Below are positions 28,976 through 32,000 of a DNA stretch of 32,000 nt, piece after piece. This DNA comes from Mycobacterium tuberculosis H37Rv. GTDB taxonomy: Bacteria > Actinomycetota > Actinomycetes > Mycobacteriales > Mycobacteriaceae. The notes beneath the pieces are model-generated. The model was given only the letters and a program-made list of their open reading frames with translations. It made no database searches and had not been told where the DNA came from. Positions within the stretch are counted from its first letter, which is position 1. Each line of letters begins with the position of its first letter. The DNA is taken from the NCBI RefSeq assembly GCF_000195955.2, contig NC_000962.3:2040001-2072000 (forward strand), given 5' to 3'. The position numbers were made by a program, and so were the translations under genes.

Positions 28976-29067
28976 CAGCCCGCCGTTTCGGCGCGCATCG
29001 TCGCCAGGCTAGATCCGATTGCCCGGCTCCTCAGCCCGCCGTTTCGGCGCGCATCGTCGCCAGGCTA
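28976..29067. repeat. 36-bp direct repeat x2 (period 56 bp) with a MIRU-like core on the minus strand
   Basis: cagcccgccgtttcggcgcgcatcgtcgccaggcta occurs at 28976-29011 and again at 29032-29067. The reverse complement contains ggcgacgatgc...gaggagc, motifs shared with the 77-bp MIRU at 19431. Confidence 0.8.
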
Positions 29068-29079
29068 AGGTCACGGCTC

Positions 29080-29709
29080 ATGGAGCCGGTGCTCACGCAG
29101 AATCGGGTGCTGACTGTCCCCAACATGTTGAGCGTTATTCGCCTCGCGCTCATCCCAGCATTCGTCTACGTCGTGCTCAGCGCGCACGCCAATGGCTGGG
29201 GGGTAGCGATCCTGGTGTTCAGTGGCGTTTCGGACTGGGCTGATGGCAAGATTGCACGGCTACTAAACCAGTCATCGCGGCTGGGCGCGCTGCTGGACCC
29301 GGCCGTTGATCGCCTCTACATGGTCACTGTTCCTATCGTGTTTGGCCTGAGCGGCATCGTGCCGTGGTGGTTTGTCCTTACGTTGCTGACCCGCGATGCG
29401 CTGCTGGCTGGGACGCTGCCGCTGCTATGGAGCCGTGGACTGTCAGCGCTACCGGTGACCTACGTCGGTAAGGCAGCGACTTTCGGCTTCATGGTTGGCT
29501 TTCCGACCATTCTGTTGGGGCAATGCGATCCATTGTGGAGCCATGTGCTGCTGGCCTGTGGTTGGGCATTCTTGATCTGGGGTATGTATGCCTACTTGTG
29601 GGCCTTCGTGCTGTATGCAGTGCAGATGACGATGGTGGTGCGGCAGATGCCTAAGCTCAAGGGCAGGGCTCATCGGCCGGCGGCCCAGAACGCTGGTGAA
29701 CGTGGCTGA
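29080..29709 (+). CDS. pgsA2: CDP-alcohol phosphatidyltransferase (209 aa)
   Basis: ATG at 29080 ([18 protein letters not shown]...). Family motif [28 protein letters not shown] (DGxxAR...GxxxDxxxD). Polytopic membrane protein. Confidence 0.9.
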
Positions 29710-30625
29710 GTCTGACCGGCTGCTCGGCGGCTACGACCCCAACGCCGGCTACAGCGCCCACGCAGGGGCGCAGCCACAACGCATCCCGGTTCCGTCGTTG
29801 CTGCGCGCGCTGCTATCAGAGCATCTGGATGCTGGATACGCGGCGGTTGCCGCCGAGCGCGAGCGTGCTGCGGCACCACGGTGTTGGCAAGCCCGCGCCG
29901 TCAGCTGGATGTGGCAGGCATTGGCCGCGACCCTAGTCGCCGCCGTGTTCGCTGCCGCGGTAGCGCAGGCGCGCTCGGTGGCACCCGGCGTGCGCGCCGC
30001 CCAACAGTTGCTCGTTGCGAGTGTGCGATCAACCCAGGCCGCCGCGACCACGTTGGCTCAACGGCGCAGCACACTCTCGGCGAAAGTCGACGACGTGCGG
30101 CGGATCGTACTCGCAGACGACGCCGAGGGACAGCGGCTGCTGGCCCGTCTCGACGTGCTTAGCCTGGCCGCGGCCAGCGCACCGGTTGTCGGGCCTGGTC
30201 TGACGGTGACCGTGACCGATCCCGGTGCGAGCCCTAATCTTTCCGACGTGTCCAAGCAGCGGGTCAGCGGTAGCCAGCAAATCATCCTCGACCGCGATTT
30301 GCAGCTCGTCGTCAACTCACTGTGGGAAAGTGGCGCCGAGGCCATCTCGATCGATGGCGTCCGGATCGGGCCGAACGTCACGATCCGGCAAGCCGGCGGA
30401 GCAATCTTGGTCGACAATAATCCCACGAGTAGTCCCTACACCATCTTGGCGGTCGGGCCGCCACATGCCATGCAGGACGTCTTCGATCGCAGCGCCGGGC
30501 TGTACCGCCTGCGGCTGCTGGAGACCTCCTACGGTGTCGGCGTCAGTGTGAACGTCGGCGACGGTCTGGCATTGCCTGCCGGTGCGACCCGGGATGTCAA
30601 GTTCGCCAAACAGATTGGGCCCTAG
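29696..30625 (+). CDS. DUF881-family membrane-anchored protein (GTG start at 29696 or 29702; about 307-309 aa); Rv1823 position
   Basis: The start overlaps the pgsA2 stop. An N-terminal TM segment ([18 protein letters not shown]) is followed by a helical region and a C-terminal domain: [10 protein letters not shown]...[25 protein letters not shown]...[10 protein letters not shown]. Paralogous to 31036-31914. Confidence 0.85.
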
Positions 30626-30653
30626 TGAGAGAAGTCCTGGTGAATAGGAAACC

Positions 30654-31019
30654 ATGGGGAGCGATACGGCCTGGAGTCCGGCGCGCATGATCGGGATCGC
30701 GGCGCTCGCCGTTGGAATCGTGCTGGGTTTGGTTTTCCATCCCGGCGTGCCAGAGGTCATCCAGCCGTATCTGCCGATCGCGGTGGTCGCCGCGCTCGAC
30801 GCGGTGTTCGGTGGCTTGCGCGCCTATCTCGAGCGGATCTTTGACCCGAAGGTCTTCGTGGTTTCGTTCGTGTTCAACGTTTTGGTGGCTGCCCTAATCG
30901 TCTATGTCGGTGACCAACTGGGCGTCGGCACACAGTTGTCCACCGCGATCATCGTCGTGCTGGGCATCCGCATCTTCGGCAACACCGCGGCCTTGCGGCG
31001 GCGGTTGTTCGGAGCGTGA
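30654..31019 (+). CDS. Small basic membrane protein, Sbp/DUF1290 family (121 aa); Rv1824 position
   Basis: Four hydrophobic segments and a basic C-terminus (RIFGNTAALRRRLFGA). It is sandwiched between two DUF881 genes, as in other Gram-positive bacteria. Confidence 0.85.
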   Translation: MGSDTAWSPARMIGIAALAVGIVLGLVFHPGVPEVIQPYLPIAVVAALDAVFGGLRAYLERIFDPKVFVVSFVFNVLVAALIVYVGDQLGVGTQLSTAIIVVLGIRIFGNTAALRRRLFGA

Positions 31020-31035
31020 CGGAGATGAGATCACC

Positions 31036-31914
31036 GTGAGTGAGAATCGCCCAGAACCCGTGGCAGCCGAGACTTCCGCCGCCACAACTGCGCGTCACTC
31101 CCAAGCCGACGCGGGCGCTCACGACGCCGTGCGACGTGGTCGTCACGAACTACCAGCCGACCATCCGCGCTCCAAGGTCGGACCGCTGCGGCGGACAAGA
31201 TTGACCGAAATACTGCGGGGTGGTCGCTCGCGTCTGGTGTTCGGGACGCTTGCGATCTTGTTGTGCTTGGTTCTGGGGGTTGCCATAGTCACTCAGGTCC
31301 GTCAGACCGACTCCGGTGATTCATTGGAAACAGCCCGTCCTGCAGACCTATTGGTGTTGTTGGATTCGTTGCGGCAACGCGAGGCCACGTTGAACGCCGA
31401 AGTGATCGACCTTCAGAACACGCTGAACGCGTTGCAGGCATCCGGCAACACCGATCAGGCAGCGTTAGAAAGCGCCCAGGCTAGATTGGCCGCGTTGTCC
31501 ATCCTGGTCGGCGCCGTGGGTGCCACCGGGCCGGGCGTCATGATAACGATCGACGATCCGGGACCCGGAGTAGCGCCTGAGGTGATGATCGACGTGATCA
31601 ACGAACTGCGTGCCGCTGGAGCCGAGGCGATCCAGATCAACGATGCACACCGGTCGGTGCGGGTCGGGGTTGACACCTGGGTTGTCGGTGTGCCCGGCTC
31701 ACTGACAGTCGACACCAAGGTCCTGTCCCCGCCGTATTCGATTCTGGCGATTGGTGATCCTCCAACGCTGGCCGCGGCGATGAACATTCCTGGTGGTGCA
31801 CAGGACGGTGTCAAACGCGTCGGCGGGCGGATGGTTGTGCAGCAGGCCGACCGTGTGGACGTGACCGCCTTGCGGCAACCAAAACAGCACCAATACGCTC
31901 AGCCCGTCAAGTGA
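31036..31914 (+). CDS. DUF881-family membrane-anchored protein (292 aa from the GTG at 31036); Rv1825 position
   Basis: TM segment LVFGTLAILLCLVLGVAIV, a coiled-coil-like stretch (LDSLRQREATLNAEVIDLQNTLNALQ), then GPGVMITIDD...VINELRAAGAEAIQIND...PYSILAIGDP. Confidence 0.85.
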   Translation: MSENRPEPVAAETSAATTARHSQADAGAHDAVRRGRHELPADHPRSKVGPLRRTRLTEILRGGRSRLVFGTLAILLCLVLGVAIVTQVRQTDSGDSLETARPADLLVLLDSLRQREATLNAEVIDLQNTLNALQASGNTDQAALESAQARLAALSILVGAVGATGPGVMITIDDPGPGVAPEVMIDVINELRAAGAEAIQINDAHRSVRVGVDTWVVGVPGSLTVDTKVLSPPYSILAIGDPPTLAAAMNIPGGAQDGVKRVGGRMVVQQADRVDVTALRQPKQHQYAQPVK

Positions 31915-31951
31915 ACTAGCCCAACTCCGAGCCGACCAGAATAGGATTACC

Positions 31952-32000
31952 GTGAGCGATATCCCGTCCGATCTGCACTACACCGCCGAACACGAGTGGA
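31952..32000 (+). CDS. gcvH: Glycine cleavage system H protein, first 16 codons only (continues beyond the window)
   Basis: GTG at 31952. The translation VSDIPSDLHYTAEHEW matches the conserved GcvH N-terminus, and the position after Rv1825 fits the Rv1826 synteny. Confidence 0.7.
   Translation, partial: MSDIPSDLHYTAEHEW

Noticed and set aside
28465-29079. The track shows a 414-aa ORF that fuses the secA2 3' region and the intergenic repeats to pgsA2.
   Set aside because: The upstream part is out of frame relative to secA2 and reads through the hairpin and repeats. The CDP-alcohol phosphatidyltransferase homology begins at the ATG at 29080.
1-32000. I looked for CRISPR arrays, tRNA/rRNA genes, IS elements with inverted repeats and transposase, integrases, toxin-antitoxin pairs and defence-system signatures.
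   Set aside because: I found none. The only repeat families present are PGRS coding repeats, the 77-bp MIRU, the 36-bp MIRU-like pair and short hairpins.

Overview
High-GC actinobacterial chromosome. By gene content and order I recognise it as the Mycobacterium tuberculosis complex region Rv1800-Rv1826. Locus names come from recalled H37Rv synteny, since I cannot run a search. Left to right: the 3' part of PPE28, PPE29, PPE30, PE_PGRS32 (-), a DUF732 protein (-), an M-box Mg2+ riboswitch, then the string PE20-PPE31-PPE32-PPE33-DUF732(Rv1810)-mgtC. After that come an NDH-2-like oxidoreductase and the secreted Rv1813c protein (both -), an erg3-like hydroxylase, a secreted S1-type protease candidate (Rv1815) and a TetR regulator. 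These are followed by a 77-bp MIRU repeat fused to the start of flavoprotein Rv1817, PE_PGRS33 (-), the BacA/Rv1819c ABC transporter (-), ilvG, secA2 and a repeat-filled intergenic region. The window ends with pgsA2, a DUF881-Sbp-DUF881 trio (Rv1823-1825) and the first codons of gcvH. I saw no tRNA, rRNA, CRISPR array, IS element or phage genes. I do not see a clear novel multi-gene system. The least-described items I can support are: (i) a proline-containing upstream ORF with a Shine-Dalgarno (SD) ribosome-binding site, lying between the M-box aptamer and PE20 and antisense to the doubtful Rv1805c ORF; (ii) ATGA-chained mini-ORFs in the MIRU, plus an unannotated open frame feeding into them; (iii) a second MIRU-like repeat and a perfect 17-bp hairpin between secA2 and pgsA2; (iv) the uncharacterised DUF881-Sbp-DUF881 module. 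Many long alternative-frame ORFs in the track are GC-bias or PGRS shadow artefacts.
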